DNA of 64,000 nucleotides, from contig CAZHKE010000001.1 in assembly GCA_964532485.1 (NCBI GenBank), positions 68,358-132,357 of the forward strand, given 5' to 3'. Shown piece by piece: positions 36,429 through 46,127 of this stretch (its first letter is position 1; the number at the start of each line of letters is the position of its first letter). The translations under genes and the position numbers were made by a program. This DNA comes from an uncultured Bifidobacteriaceae bacterium. GTDB lineage: Bacteria > Actinomycetota > Acidimicrobiia > IMCC26256 > PALSA-555. Under the pieces are notes generated by a model that worked only from the letters and a program-made list of their open reading frames with translations, searched no databases and had not been told where the DNA came from.

Positions 36429-38024
36429 ATGGCGCTGCTCGAGGTCCACGAGGTCGGCGTCCGCTTCGGGGGTCTCCAGGCGCTCGACGCGGTCACGGTC
36501 GGCGTCGACGAGAACCGCGTCACGGGGCTGATCGGCCCGAACGGTGCCGGGAAGACCACGCTGTTCAACGTCATCACGGGACTGCAGCCGCCCACGGCCG
36601 GAAGGGTCGTGATCGGCGGCGAGGACATCACGCTCGCGAAGGCCCACGTTCGGGCCCGCAAGGGCATCGGCCGCACGTTCCAGCGACTCGAGACGTTCGG
36701 GACGCTCACCGCGCGCGAGAACGTGCTCGTCGGTGCCGAGATGCGACGCGGCTGGTCGCGGGAGAAGTTCGACGTTCGCCAGCTCGCCGACGAGCTCATC
36801 GACAAGGTCGGCTTGCGTGACGTCGCCGACGAGAAGGTCGACAAGCTCGCGACCGGCACGGCGCGACTCGTCGAGGTGGCGCGTGCCCTTGCGAGCAAGC
36901 CGCGCGTGCTGCTGCTCGACGAGCCGTCGGCCGGTCTCAACGAGAACGAGACCGGCGCGCTCGGTGCACTGCTCCGTGAGCTGAGCGCCGACGGGCTCGC
37001 GGTGCTGCTCGTGGAGCACGACATGAGCTTCGTCATGGGTGCGTGCGACCACATCCACGTGCTCGACTTCGGGCGGCTCATCGCCGAGGGCTCGCCGACC
37101 GAGATCCAGGCCAACCCCGACGTGCGCGCGGCCTACCTCGGCTCGAAGGACCACAGCGGCGCACAGGGCGCGGGAAGGGCCGAGGAGGCGGCCAAGGCCG
37201 CCGGCGCGGAGCCGGAGCTCCCCATCGTGACGTTGCCCGGCTCCACCAAGTCCGACTCCGGCGAGGACGGCTCGGGCAAGCCCGACGTTGGCGAGAAGCC
37301 GGCCGCGCCCGCACCGGGGAGCGCCGACGCGCTCGCGTTCCGCGACGTGAGCGCCGCGTACGGGATCATCGACGTGCTCCACGACGTCGACCTCACGCTG
37401 CCCTCGGGCAGCGTGTTCGCGCTCTTGGGACCGAACGGCGCCGGGAAGTCGACGACGCTCAAGGTCGCGAGTGGTCTCATCAAGCCGACCAGTGGCTCGG
37501 TGCACCTGCTGGGCGAGGAGGTCACCGGCACTCACGCCGACGCGATGGCGCGTCGGGGCGTGTGCCTGGTGCCGGAAGGGCGGGGGATCTTCCCGAACCT
37601 GACGGTCACCGAGAACCTCCGCATGGCGACCTACAGCGGCACGCCGTTCAAGACGGTGGCCGAGCGTTCGTTCGAGCGGTTCCCGCGGCTGAAGGAGCGA
37701 CGCAAGCAGGTCGCGGGCACGTTGTCGGGCGGCGAGCAGCAGATGCTCTCGATGGCGCGCGCGCTCGCGACCGACCCGAAGGTGCTGCTGCTCGACGAGC
37801 TCTCGATGGGGCTCGCACCCTTGATCGTGGAGGAGCTCTACGAGGTCGTGAAGCGCATCGCCGAGGGCCACGTGTCGATCCTCATCGTGGAGCAGTTCGC
37901 GCACGAGGTGCTCGGTGTCGCCGAGACCGCGGCGATCATGCTGCACGGCCGGATCGAGTTCGTCGGTAAGCCGACGGAGGTCGGCGAAGCCCTCGACCGC
38001 GCCTACCTCGGCGGAGCCGTTTGA
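36429..38024 (+). CDS. Fused ABC ATPase (LivG-like plus LivF-like domains joined by a low-complexity linker)
   Basis: ATG 36429 lies 2 nt after the permease stop. Two Walker A motifs (GPNGAGKTT, GPNGAGKST), LLLDEPSAGL, LSGGEQQML, LLLDELSMGL. The linker of roughly 75 aa is rich in A/G/E/K/P. Confidence 0.85.
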   Translation: MALLEVHEVGVRFGGLQALDAVTVGVDENRVTGLIGPNGAGKTTLFNVITGLQPPTAGRVVIGGEDITLAKAHVRARKGIGRTFQRLETFGTLTARENVLVGAEMRRGWSREKFDVRQLADELIDKVGLRDVADEKVDKLATGTARLVEVARALASKPRVLLLDEPSAGLNENETGALGALLRELSADGLAVLLVEHDMSFVMGACDHIHVLDFGRLIAEGSPTEIQANPDVRAAYLGSKDHSGAQGAGRAEEAAKAAGAEPELPIVTLPGSTKSDSGEDGSGKPDVGEKPAAPAPGSADALAFRDVSAAYGIIDVLHDVDLTLPSGSVFALLGPNGAGKSTTLKVASGLIKPTSGSVHLLGEEVTGTHADAMARRGVCLVPEGRGIFPNLTVTENLRMATYSGTPFKTVAERSFERFPRLKERRKQVAGTLSGGEQQMLSMARALATDPKVLLLDELSMGLAPLIVEELYEVVKRIAEGHVSILIVEQFAHEVLGVAETAAIMLHGRIEFVGKPTEVGEALDRAYLGGAV

Positions 38025-39331
38025 CGCTGCGGCGCGCGCCGCAGCACGACGACCGTGGCATAGGCAGCGCAGACCGACGCGCCGATCCCGACCGCGAGCG
38101 GCGCGCCGCCGACGTCGGCGACGGTGCCCATCCAGATGCCGCCGAACGGGATCAAGCCGGCCCAGGTCACCGTGAAGAGCCCCATGACCCGACCGCGCTT
38201 GTCGTCATCGGCGAGGTGCTGGAGCAGCGTGTTGAGCGAGGTCGTCGTCGAGAAGTAGCAGAAGCCGACGATCGTGAGCAGGGCCAGCGACAGCGTCCAC
38301 GACTCCGAGAGCGCGAACGCGAGCGCCGCGATGCCGTACACGAGGATGTACGTCGCCGCGACCCGCAGCGTCGGTACGTTCCGCCGGAACGCCGTCGACA
38401 GCGCTCCGATGACCGCGCCGACCCCCGACGCGATCACGAGGTACGTGAAGTCGTCGCGGGGATGGCCGAGCACGTCGGTCGTGAACACCGGGTAGAGCGC
38501 CACCTGCGCCACGCCGAAGATCGAGAAGACGCCCATCGTCACGAGCGCGGCGACCGCCGGGGGCCGCGAGCGCGCGTGGCGGAGCCCCTCCTTCCACCGC
38601 TCCCAGCTGCTGCCGCCCTCCGAGGTGTCGAGATGGCTGCGCAGCCGGACGGGTATCAGCGTCACGAGCATGAGCACGTTGCTCGCGGCGTAGATGGCGA
38701 ATGCCCAGCCGGCGCCCCAAGCGGCGAGGATCGGCGCGGCGAGCGCGGGGCCGGCGATGCGCGAGATGTTGGTTCCCGCGCTCTCGATGGAGATCGCGCT
38801 CGTGAGATCCGACGTCGGCACGGAGTTGGCCGTCGCGGCCTGCTGGGCGGGCGCCATGAACGCGAACAGCGTGCCGATGCCGAAGCCGAAGGCTGCGAGC
38901 ATCGCCGCGCTCTCGATGTCGGCGAGCACGAGCACGGCGACGATCGAGGCGAGCAGGCCAACGAGCGCCCGCGTCGCGATCAGCATGTGCTTGCGGTCGA
39001 CGCGGTCGGCGACCACGCCCGCCGCGGGCGCGAACACGAGCATCGGCAAGAACGTCGTGAAGAAGAGCAGCCCGAGCCAGAGCGACGAGCTGTCGGTGAC
39101 GCGTGCCATCTCCGACTGGAGTGAGATGTGGCTGATCCAGAACCCGAGATCGCCGATGGCATAGGCCGAGAACAGGAGTCGGAACTCGCGTCGGCGCAGC
39201 GCGCGGAACGGGTCCCTTCCGGCCCGGACGACGGGCTCCCCGATGCTCGGGCCGGGCAGGCCGAGCTCGTCCTCCGCCAGGGGAGGGATCGTCACGACCG
39301 AGACATCAGGGCGCGTAGGTGCCGTCGTCAC
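38003..39331 (-). CDS. MFS transporter
   Basis: 442 aa with about 12 hydrophobic segments and the motif VADRVDRKHMLI. An alternative GTG start at 39295 would remove the 26-nt overlap with the upstream SDR. The 3' end overlaps the ABC ATPase stop by 22 nt (convergent). Confidence 0.75.
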   Translation of the reverse strand: MTTAPTRPDVSVVTIPPLAEDELGLPGPSIGEPVVRAGRDPFRALRRREFRLLFSAYAIGDLGFWISHISLQSEMARVTDSSSLWLGLLFFTTFLPMLVFAPAAGVVADRVDRKHMLIATRALVGLLASIVAVLVLADIESAAMLAAFGFGIGTLFAFMAPAQQAATANSVPTSDLTSAISIESAGTNISRIAGPALAAPILAAWGAGWAFAIYAASNVLMLVTLIPVRLRSHLDTSEGGSSWERWKEGLRHARSRPPAVAALVTMGVFSIFGVAQVALYPVFTTDVLGHPRDDFTYLVIASGVGAVIGALSTAFRRNVPTLRVAATYILVYGIAALAFALSESWTLSLALLTIVGFCYFSTTTSLNTLLQHLADDDKRGRVMGLFTVTWAGLIPFGGIWMGTVADVGGAPLAVGIGASVCAAYATVVVLRRAPQRQTAPPR

Positions 39332-40109
39332 GGCGCACCCAGCCGGACGCGGCGTGGCTGCCGCCGTCGACGTGCACGACGGTGCCGGTGACGAAGCGCG
39401 AGAGCTCGCTCGCCAGGAACACGACAGGCCCGGCGCAGTCGTCGATCTCGCCCCAGCCGAGGGGCACCTTCGCGCCGTAGGCCTCGCGCACGCCCTGCGT
39501 CGACGCCTCCGCGAGGTCCTCGTCGCCGGGGGTGGGGATGGCGTCAGGCGCGATCACGTTGACGCGGATCCCTCGTGGCGCGAGCTCGAGCGCCAGCGTC
39601 TTGGTGAGGCTCTCGACTGCTGCCTTCATCGCCGCGTACACGCCGAACCCGGGGGCGGCCCGCGATGCCTCGATCGACGTGACGTTGATGATCGAGGCAC
39701 CTTCAGCCATGAGGGGTGTGCACGCGCGCACGAAGTTGGTGACGCTGGTGAAGTTCTCGTCCACGAGCGACCGCTGGCCCTTCAGGTTCGTGTCGACGAA
39801 CGCGGCGTAGAAGCCGCCGCCGGCGTTGTTGACGAGCACGTCGAGGTGGTCGAACGTGCCACCGAGCTCCGCGACCCAGGAGTCAACGGCTTCGGTGTCG
39901 CGCACGTCGAGGAGTCCGGTGGCGCACCGGCGACCGAGCGCCTCTACCTGCGCCGCGGTGTCACGCATGCCGTCCTCGTTGCGGTCGCAGATGGCGAGGT
40001 CGGCGCCGAACCCCGCGAGCGCGAGTGCCGCGCCGGCGCCGATGCCCTGGGCGGCACCCGTGACGAGCGCGACCCTGCCGTCCAGCGAGGCGGCGTCCCG
40101 ACCGATCAC
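39306..40109 (-). CDS. Short-chain dehydrogenase/reductase (SDR)
   Basis: 267 aa with ALVTGAAQGIGAG, NNAGG, VYAAMKAAV (YxxxK), VTGTVVHVDGG. Confidence 0.85.
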   Translation of the reverse strand: MIGRDAASLDGRVALVTGAAQGIGAGAALALAGFGADLAICDRNEDGMRDTAAQVEALGRRCATGLLDVRDTEAVDSWVAELGGTFDHLDVLVNNAGGGFYAAFVDTNLKGQRSLVDENFTSVTNFVRACTPLMAEGASIINVTSIEASRAAPGFGVYAAMKAAVESLTKTLALELAPRGIRVNVIAPDAIPTPGDEDLAEASTQGVREAYGAKVPLGWGEIDDCAGPVVFLASELSRFVTGTVVHVDGGSHAASGWVRRDDGTYAP

Positions 40110-40144
40110 GCGCCAACCCTAGGTGTCTCGTACGCTCCCGGACG

Positions 40145-40465
40145 ATGTACCTCAAGGTGGATCTCGCCGAGGAGCCGCCCGTCGTGACGCTCGAGGAGCC
40201 CGACGCCACCGAGAGCTTCCAGGTCACGGTCGTGGGCGGTGACAGCTGGGCACTGCTCTTCGGCGCGCTCGTCGACGCGGCGGCCGGCAGGCTGGAAGGG
40301 GACGACGCGTGGATCGCGGTGGACGCGGTCCGCCGGATGGCGAAGGGTCGGGTCGGTCCGGGGTGGGACGGTGAGCTCGACGCGATGCTCGCCTACGCGC
40401 GCACCAAGGAATGGCTCGATCCCACCGGCAACGCCATCCGCGCCCACGTCGAGTGGGCGCGCTGA
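40145..40465 (+). CDS. Hypothetical protein
   Basis: 106-aa ORF with coding-like composition in an otherwise unoccupied gap, followed by the hairpin GCGGTCG-C-CGACCGC (40475-40489). No family recognised. Confidence 0.5.
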   Translation: MYLKVDLAEEPPVVTLEEPDATESFQVTVVGGDSWALLFGALVDAAAGRLEGDDAWIAVDAVRRMAKGRVGPGWDGELDAMLAYARTKEWLDPTGNAIRAHVEWAR

Positions 40466-40514
40466 GCCACCGCTGCGGTCGCCGACCGCGCCGACTCACC
40501 GGAGCGGCGGGGCG

Positions 40515-41729
40515 TCAGGTCGCCGTGGCCCAGTAGCCGGCGAGCTTGGCGGCGGCGGCGAGGTAGAGGCGCGTGCGAGCGCGGTCGGCGGCCGCGGCGT
40601 CGAGGCACGCGAGCGTGTACTTCGCGTAGTGGGCGTCGCCGTGCACCGCGGCGCGGGTGACGAGCTCGGTGACGACGCGGCCCGCCATCGGCCCCGGCGC
40701 GTGCCACGCGGCCGCCGCAGCCAGGTCGGGACCACCTTCGATCGCCTGCGACAGGTCGACGCCGGGGTCAGGTGGCGGTGCCTCGACCAGCGGTCGCTGC
40801 GCGAGTGCGGCGCGGAAGCCGACGACGTGGGTCGACGCCACCGCGAGCGCCGTGCGCGCGTCGAGCGCGTCGGCGATGCCCAGCACCGCCTGGGGCATCG
40901 TCATGCAGTGCGTCCAGCCGTACGGCACGAAGTCGCGTGGCTCCGTCAGCATCGACCACGCCGCGGCGCGCAGCAAGACCCGGGTGCCGGCTGCGCCGTC
41001 GACGCCGCCGGTCGGCTCGGTGAGCAGGTCGGCGGCGACGCCGCTGCGCTCGACCTGCGACATGACGGGGTAGATGAACTCGCTCCCGGGGGCGCCCAGG
41101 CGCGGTGTGGCCGCGATCGCGTCCCACAGCGCGCTCGGCGAGAGGCGCCGCCGCCGCACCTTCCGCTCGTGCCACGTCAGGCGCCACTCCGGCTGGCGGG
41201 CGAGCTCACGGGCCAGTGGTCGAACCAGCTCGACGGGCAGCTCGCCGCGGGGTGCGACCCGAGGCAGCTGGTAGAGGAAGATCGGTGCGTGGGCGGCAGC
41301 GGAGAGCCGCGCCACGAGGGGCTCGGCCAGCAGCGAGCGCAGCTCCGCCGCCGTGGCGATCCGCGCGAACGCCGACGCCGTCGCGTCGACCTCGTCGAGA
41401 TCACCCGCGTCGAGCGCCGCCGCCAGTGTGGTTGCGGCTTCGGCGGGCGAGTCGTAGCGACGCCGTGCGGGTTCGGGGACGGCTGCGCCGAACGAGGCGT
41501 ACCTGGTCGCGATGTCGCGGATGCGGCCGCGCGCCGCGTCGCGGTGCGTCGCGGGGACACGCGGGAGGAGGGCGGTGCGCGCCGCGAGCTCGAGCGGCGC
41601 GTGCAGCACGAACGAGTCGGCCGGGTCCTCGCGGGGGTGGCGGACCTCGTCGGCCACCGCGTCCACGAGGTCGGCGTCGGAGGACTCGTCGAGGGTCGGA
41701 TGCACCTCGGGGTCGGCCATCGACGGCAA
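40515..41729 (-). CDS. Hypothetical protein (404 aa), last gene of the esterase-to-M24 operon
   Basis: Long ORF with normal amino-acid composition (HAPLELAAR, YGWTHCMTMPQAVLG, HYAKYTLACLD). No family confidently recognised. Confidence 0.6.
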   Translation of the reverse strand: MPSMADPEVHPTLDESSDADLVDAVADEVRHPREDPADSFVLHAPLELAARTALLPRVPATHRDAARGRIRDIATRYASFGAAVPEPARRRYDSPAEAATTLAAALDAGDLDEVDATASAFARIATAAELRSLLAEPLVARLSAAAHAPIFLYQLPRVAPRGELPVELVRPLARELARQPEWRLTWHERKVRRRRLSPSALWDAIAATPRLGAPGSEFIYPVMSQVERSGVAADLLTEPTGGVDGAAGTRVLLRAAAWSMLTEPRDFVPYGWTHCMTMPQAVLGIADALDARTALAVASTHVVGFRAALAQRPLVEAPPPDPGVDLSQAIEGGPDLAAAAAWHAPGPMAGRVVTELVTRAAVHGDAHYAKYTLACLDAAAADRARTRLYLAAAAKLAGYWATAT

Positions 41730-41773
41730 CGTACGACTTCAACCTGACTCGAGGTCAAGCGGCTTCGAGCACC

Positions 41774-42751
41774 TCAGGTCGACAAGCGCTGCGGCCCCTC
41801 CGCTCTCAGGAGCACGACGGCTCCGTCCAGGACTCCGTCGTCGAGCACCTCGACGGCGACGGTCATGCCCGCGAGGAGCACACCGTCGGCCCCGAGCTCC
41901 TCGTGACCGAGACCCGTCCCCTCGACTCCGATGCCGGCGGAGCGGAGGTCGCCGACGCGCGCCCCGACGCGGCACCGGGCGACGGCGTCGTCGAGCCCGG
42001 GCGCACGCACCGGGTCGCCGTCACACACGAGCGTGCGGGTGACGAGCCCCTCGAACCCGTCGAGCATGACCCCGGCTCGCACGTGGATGCGGTCACCGTC
42101 GCGCACGGCCCTGTCGGTCACGAACGTCCGGGGCGGCGCGCCCGCCTCGGCGACGCAGAACGTGCCCTCGAACGCGGGGGCGGTGAGGCGCGTGCGGGTC
42201 ATGTGCTCCTCGAAGCGGGCCTTCAGGTCGATCTCGCGCACGCCGGCACGCAGCTCGCCTGCGGTCTGCGTGAGCGCGTCCTCCGCCGCGCGCACTGCGG
42301 CACCGATCGCGTCGACCTCGTCGGGTTCCTTCACCCGTCGCAGCTCGCGCAGCAGCGCCTCGGCGTCGACGAGCGCGGCGTCGGGGAGGGTCGCGCCGAG
42401 GAGCTGCTCGAAGAGCGGGGTCATCCCGTCGACGCCGATCAACGTCGCGCCGGCGACGCCCCGGATCGCGGCCAGCGCGTCGAGGATGTTCATCGGGTTC
42501 CACGAGATCGGGAAGAGGTGGTCGGCGCCGATGTCGGGAGGGAGCCCGTCGTCGGTGATCGAGAGGAGATGCACCTCGCCGGTCGCGGCAGGCAGCACGC
42601 ATCCCGGTGCGAACGGCCGCGTGCCCGCGAGCCAGAGACGGTCGGCGCCCGACACGTAGCGCGCGTTCGCCTCGCGACCGAGGACCAGCACGTCGATGCC
42701 CGCATCGTTCATGCGGTCGACGACGCGCGCTCGTCGCGCTGCCGTCGTCAT
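41774..42751 (-). CDS. M24 (creatinase/prolidase)-fold protein lacking the metal ligands
   Basis: ATG 42751 overlaps the upstream stop (ATGA). Creatinase-N-like start RVVDRMNDAGIDVLVL. The pita-bread region GDRIHVRAGVMLDGFEGLVTRT has R and L where the two Asp ligands are expected. Confidence 0.65.
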   Translation of the reverse strand: MTTAARRARVVDRMNDAGIDVLVLGREANARYVSGADRLWLAGTRPFAPGCVLPAATGEVHLLSITDDGLPPDIGADHLFPISWNPMNILDALAAIRGVAGATLIGVDGMTPLFEQLLGATLPDAALVDAEALLRELRRVKEPDEVDAIGAAVRAAEDALTQTAGELRAGVREIDLKARFEEHMTRTRLTAPAFEGTFCVAEAGAPPRTFVTDRAVRDGDRIHVRAGVMLDGFEGLVTRTLVCDGDPVRAPGLDDAVARCRVGARVGDLRSAGIGVEGTGLGHEELGADGVLLAGMTVAVEVLDDGVLDGAVVLLRAEGPQRLST

Positions 42752-43956
42752 TCCCAGCCGTCCCACGTCAGCTGCGACAGCGAGCGCCAGCCGTCGTCGG
42801 TCACGGTGACGATCTGCTCGGCGCGAAACCCGCGGTGCCCGTCGTCCCAGGCGACCGGTTCGAGGACGAGGACCATCCCGGTCTCGAGCACGACGCTCTC
42901 GTCGAACGCGTCGCCGAGGTCGGTCCCGACGAACGGCGGCTCGGCGCTCTCGGTGCCGGTGCCGTGGGCAAGGTAGAGGTGGGGGAGCCAGGGACGCGTG
43001 CCGCCGGCGGCCTCCATGGCCGCCGCCGTCAGGTCGCGGGCGGTGGCGCCGGGCCGCGTCTCGTCGAGCGTGGCGTCGACGACCTCACGCCAGCGACGGC
43101 ACTGCTCCCGTAGTCCGGCGTCGGGCTCGGCGTCGACCACCCACGTGTGCCCGTAGTCGGACATGTAGCCCTCGTACGCGAGGCCGTTGTCGACCCAGAT
43201 CACGTCGCCGCGCTCGAAAGGCCGGTCGGTGGTGACCGTCGGGAACACGAGGTCGCCGGTGACGCTCGTGGGGCCGTCCGCGATCGACGCCGGCATCACC
43301 TGCCAGATCGGATCGACGTTGTTGGCGCTCGCGCCCAGCTCGAAGGCATGGCGGAGGAACGCGCCGGTGAGCTCGGTGCCCCGCGTCCCCTCGGTGACCG
43401 TCGGCGCGAGCGCGGCGATCGCCTCCTCGTTGATCGCCTGCGCACGCCGGATGCACACCAGCTCGTCGGCCGTCTTGCATGCCTTCGCCGCGCCGATCGC
43501 CGGGCCACCGTCGGTGTAGGGCCGCGCGCGCGCTCGCAGCTCGGCGCGCAGCGGCATCGTGAGCTCGTCGACCGCGAGCGAGGCGTCGCCGGTGACGACG
43601 CCGTCCACCACGTCGAGCAGCGCGCCGGCGTCGGCGTCGAGGTCGAGCGCGAGGCCGTGGTGCACGTGGTCGCGCGGCAGGTCCGTTGGCGCACCCTCGG
43701 GAAACCACGTCCAGAGGTGCGGTTGCGCACCGTCACCGGTGACCAGCGCGACCGACCGCCGGTGGATCGCCCGCGCTTGGTCGGCCGCCGGGACCCGCGC
43801 GCCCGTCGCGTAGCCGACGTTCGACTGCCCGAGCAGCACCAGCGCCTCGATCCCGGCGTCGGCCATCCCGTCGACGAGGCGGGCGTGGCGCTCTCGCCGC
43901 ATCCGGGCAAGGTCGGGTGCGACCTCGTCGACCGCCTCGGCCGGGGGTTCGGGCAC
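42748..43956 (-). CDS. M24 family metallopeptidase / creatinase-prolidase-like hydrolase
   Basis: 402 aa with GDVIWVDNGLAYEGYMSDYGHTW (both Asp present), LAHGTG (His), LEP and AEQIVTVT (Glu ligands). Confidence 0.75.
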   Translation of the reverse strand: MPEPPAEAVDEVAPDLARMRRERHARLVDGMADAGIEALVLLGQSNVGYATGARVPAADQARAIHRRSVALVTGDGAQPHLWTWFPEGAPTDLPRDHVHHGLALDLDADAGALLDVVDGVVTGDASLAVDELTMPLRAELRARARPYTDGGPAIGAAKACKTADELVCIRRAQAINEEAIAALAPTVTEGTRGTELTGAFLRHAFELGASANNVDPIWQVMPASIADGPTSVTGDLVFPTVTTDRPFERGDVIWVDNGLAYEGYMSDYGHTWVVDAEPDAGLREQCRRWREVVDATLDETRPGATARDLTAAAMEAAGGTRPWLPHLYLAHGTGTESAEPPFVGTDLGDAFDESVVLETGMVLVLEPVAWDDGHRGFRAEQIVTVTDDGWRSLSQLTWDGWE

Positions 43957-43958
43957 CG

Positions 43959-45176
43959 TCAGAGCGCCAGGTCGTACAGGGCGACGGCGTTCTCACCCAG
44001 GATCTTGCGCCGCGCGCCCTCGTCGAGGGGCGCGAGGTGCTCGCGCAGCTCGTCGACCACGCCCGCGTGGTACTCGGGGTGCGGGTAGTCGGTCGCCCAC
44101 AGCAGCCGATCGGCGCCGAGGAAGTCCGCGCACGCCGCCAGGTTCCACTCCTCGGCCTCGAAGCAGACCCAGCACTGGCGCTTGAAGTACTCGCTCGGGA
44201 GCAGCGACAGCCTGCGCCGCTCGAGCGGGAACGCCTCGACCTGCTCGTCCATGCGCTCGAGCTGCGTCGGCACCCACCCCCCGCCCGACTCCAGGAACAC
44301 CAGCTTGAGGTCGGGGAAGCGCTCGCAGACGCCGCCCATGAGCAGCCGGCCCATCGTCACGATCATGTCGACGGCGTTGCCGACGGCCTGCCCGAGCGCC
44401 GAGCCACCGTGCAGCTCGTCCGTCGCCATGTTCGTGACCGACATGTTCTCCGACTCGGCGACGAGCCCGAACTTCCGGCATGCCCCCGGCGTGTCGACGT
44501 GCACGCCGGGGTGGAACGCCACGGGCACGGCCAGCTCCTGCATCGCGGCCCAGAACGGGTCGTACGCCCGATGATGCAGGGGCAGCTCGCGTCCGTCACC
44601 GTCCGTGAGGTACGACGACGGGCGGAGGAAGACGGCGACGAGGCCCCGCTCGCCGCACGCGCGCTGCGCCTCGGTGATCGCGCGGTCGACGTCCTGGAGC
44701 GGCACGGCGGCGACGCCGAACAGGCGCGTCGGATGCGGCGCGCAGAAGTCGGCAACCCAGTCGTTGTACGCGCGCTGGCAGTCGGCGACGAAGTCGATGT
44801 CGTGCAGCGCCGGGATCGGGTCGCACGGGCCGAAGAACATGCCCTGCGACGGGTACACGACGGCGGCGTCGATCCTGTCGGCATCGAGGTCGGCGACGCG
44901 CGCGTCGGGGTCGTGACCGCCCGGGACACGTAGCGATGCCATGAGGTCGTAGAGCTGCTGGGGCGTCAGTCCGACCGCGGCGGCCATCTGGTCGTGCAGC
45001 TCGCGGCCGCCACCGCGGACGACCCCACCCGTCCAGATGGTCTCGTAGCACTCGTCCTCGGTGACCTTGCGGGGGATCCAGTCGCCCCAGCGGTCGGCGT
45101 CCATCCGCGCCGACCAGCAGTCCTCGGGCTCCATGACGTGCCCGTCCGCGTCGACGACCAGCCCCGCGTCACCCAT
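43959..45176 (-). CDS. Amidohydrolase_2 (ACMSD-type TIM-barrel metal hydrolase/decarboxylase) family protein
   Basis: 405 aa with VVDADGHVMEP at the N-terminus, FHPG, and LWATDYPHPE near the C-terminus. Confidence 0.8.
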   Translation of the reverse strand: MGDAGLVVDADGHVMEPEDCWSARMDADRWGDWIPRKVTEDECYETIWTGGVVRGGGRELHDQMAAAVGLTPQQLYDLMASLRVPGGHDPDARVADLDADRIDAAVVYPSQGMFFGPCDPIPALHDIDFVADCQRAYNDWVADFCAPHPTRLFGVAAVPLQDVDRAITEAQRACGERGLVAVFLRPSSYLTDGDGRELPLHHRAYDPFWAAMQELAVPVAFHPGVHVDTPGACRKFGLVAESENMSVTNMATDELHGGSALGQAVGNAVDMIVTMGRLLMGGVCERFPDLKLVFLESGGGWVPTQLERMDEQVEAFPLERRRLSLLPSEYFKRQCWVCFEAEEWNLAACADFLGADRLLWATDYPHPEYHAGVVDELREHLAPLDEGARRKILGENAVALYDLAL

Positions 45177-45179
45177 GAG

Positions 45180-46127
45180 TCAGCGCTGCAGGTGCGGGGC
45201 GACGTCGCGGTGGAAGGCGTCCAGCTGGTCGAGGAGCTCCTGGAGCGACCGGTTGCGGAAGCGCACCTGGAGGTGGCTGACGCCCATCGACCCGAACTCG
45301 TTGAGCTTCTCGGCGATCATGTCGGATGAGCCCGCGAGCGTCTGGTCGCCCACGTCCCACCCAGGGTCGCCGACATAGAGGAACTCGGTGATCGTGCCCA
45401 GGTCGATGGGCTCGTCGCCGACGGCGCGCTTGCGCTCCTCGAGCAAGAACGCGATCTGATCGGGCATCTCGTCGCGGGGGGTGCCCTGGGGGAGCCACCC
45501 GTCGCCCTTGACCGCGGCGCGCCGCAGCGCTGCCTTCGACGAGCCGCCGACCCAGATCGGCAGGTGTGCCTGCACCGGGCGCGGTGCCACCCCCGCGTCC
45601 TTGATGTGCCCGTACCGCGGCGAGTCGATGTCGGGGTACTCGTCGGTGAGCGCGGCGCGGACCACGTCGATGGCGTCGTCGGTCACTCGGCCTCGTTCGG
45701 CGAAGTCGAAGCCCAACAGCGCGAACTCGCCCTCGAGGTGCCCGGCGCCGACGCCGAGGATGGCACGCCCGCCCGACAGCTCGTCGAGGGTCATGAACGA
45801 CTTCGCGGTGTGCAGCGGGTGGCGGTAGCTCATCACGTACACGTGCGACAGGACGCGCACGTTCTCGGTGAGCGCTGCGATCCACGCGAGCGTCGCGACC
45901 GTGTCGAACCACGTGGTCCGCATGTGCGCGTCGAGCGGCTTCGGCACTGCGAGGTGGTCGCACACCGCCACGTAGAAGAAGCCGGTCTCGTCGGCCTTTT
46001 GCACGAGCTGACGCAGCTCGTCCGCGCCGGCGTCGGCCTCCCAGTCCTCGACGAACGTCTTCGACTTCGCCTGGATCTGGAGCTGCATCCCGTAGACGAG
46101 CCGATCCGACGGGACGATCGTCGTCAT
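45180..46127 (-). CDS. LLM-class (luciferase-like) F420/flavin-dependent oxidoreductase
   Basis: ATG 46127 (ATGA overlap with the esterase stop) gives MTTIVPSDRLVYGMQLQIQ...LGVGAGHLEGEF...PIWVGGSS. Confidence 0.75.
   Translation of the reverse strand: MTTIVPSDRLVYGMQLQIQAKSKTFVEDWEADAGADELRQLVQKADETGFFYVAVCDHLAVPKPLDAHMRTTWFDTVATLAWIAALTENVRVLSHVYVMSYRHPLHTAKSFMTLDELSGGRAILGVGAGHLEGEFALLGFDFAERGRVTDDAIDVVRAALTDEYPDIDSPRYGHIKDAGVAPRPVQAHLPIWVGGSSKAALRRAAVKGDGWLPQGTPRDEMPDQIAFLLEERKRAVGDEPIDLGTITEFLYVGDPGWDVGDQTLAGSSDMIAEKLNEFGSMGVSHLQVRFRNRSLQELLDQLDAFHRDVAPHLQR

Noticed and set aside
31345-37114. Very long antisense ORFs in the track (31345-34236 minus, 963 aa; 34352-37114 minus, 920 aa; similar ones such as 3860-5827 and 51119-53053).
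   Set aside because: Their products are Arg/Gly/Pro/Asp/His-rich low-complexity strings, typical of non-coding frames in high-GC DNA. They lie fully opposite genes with clear family signatures (binding proteins, permease, ATPase, P450, amidohydrolase).
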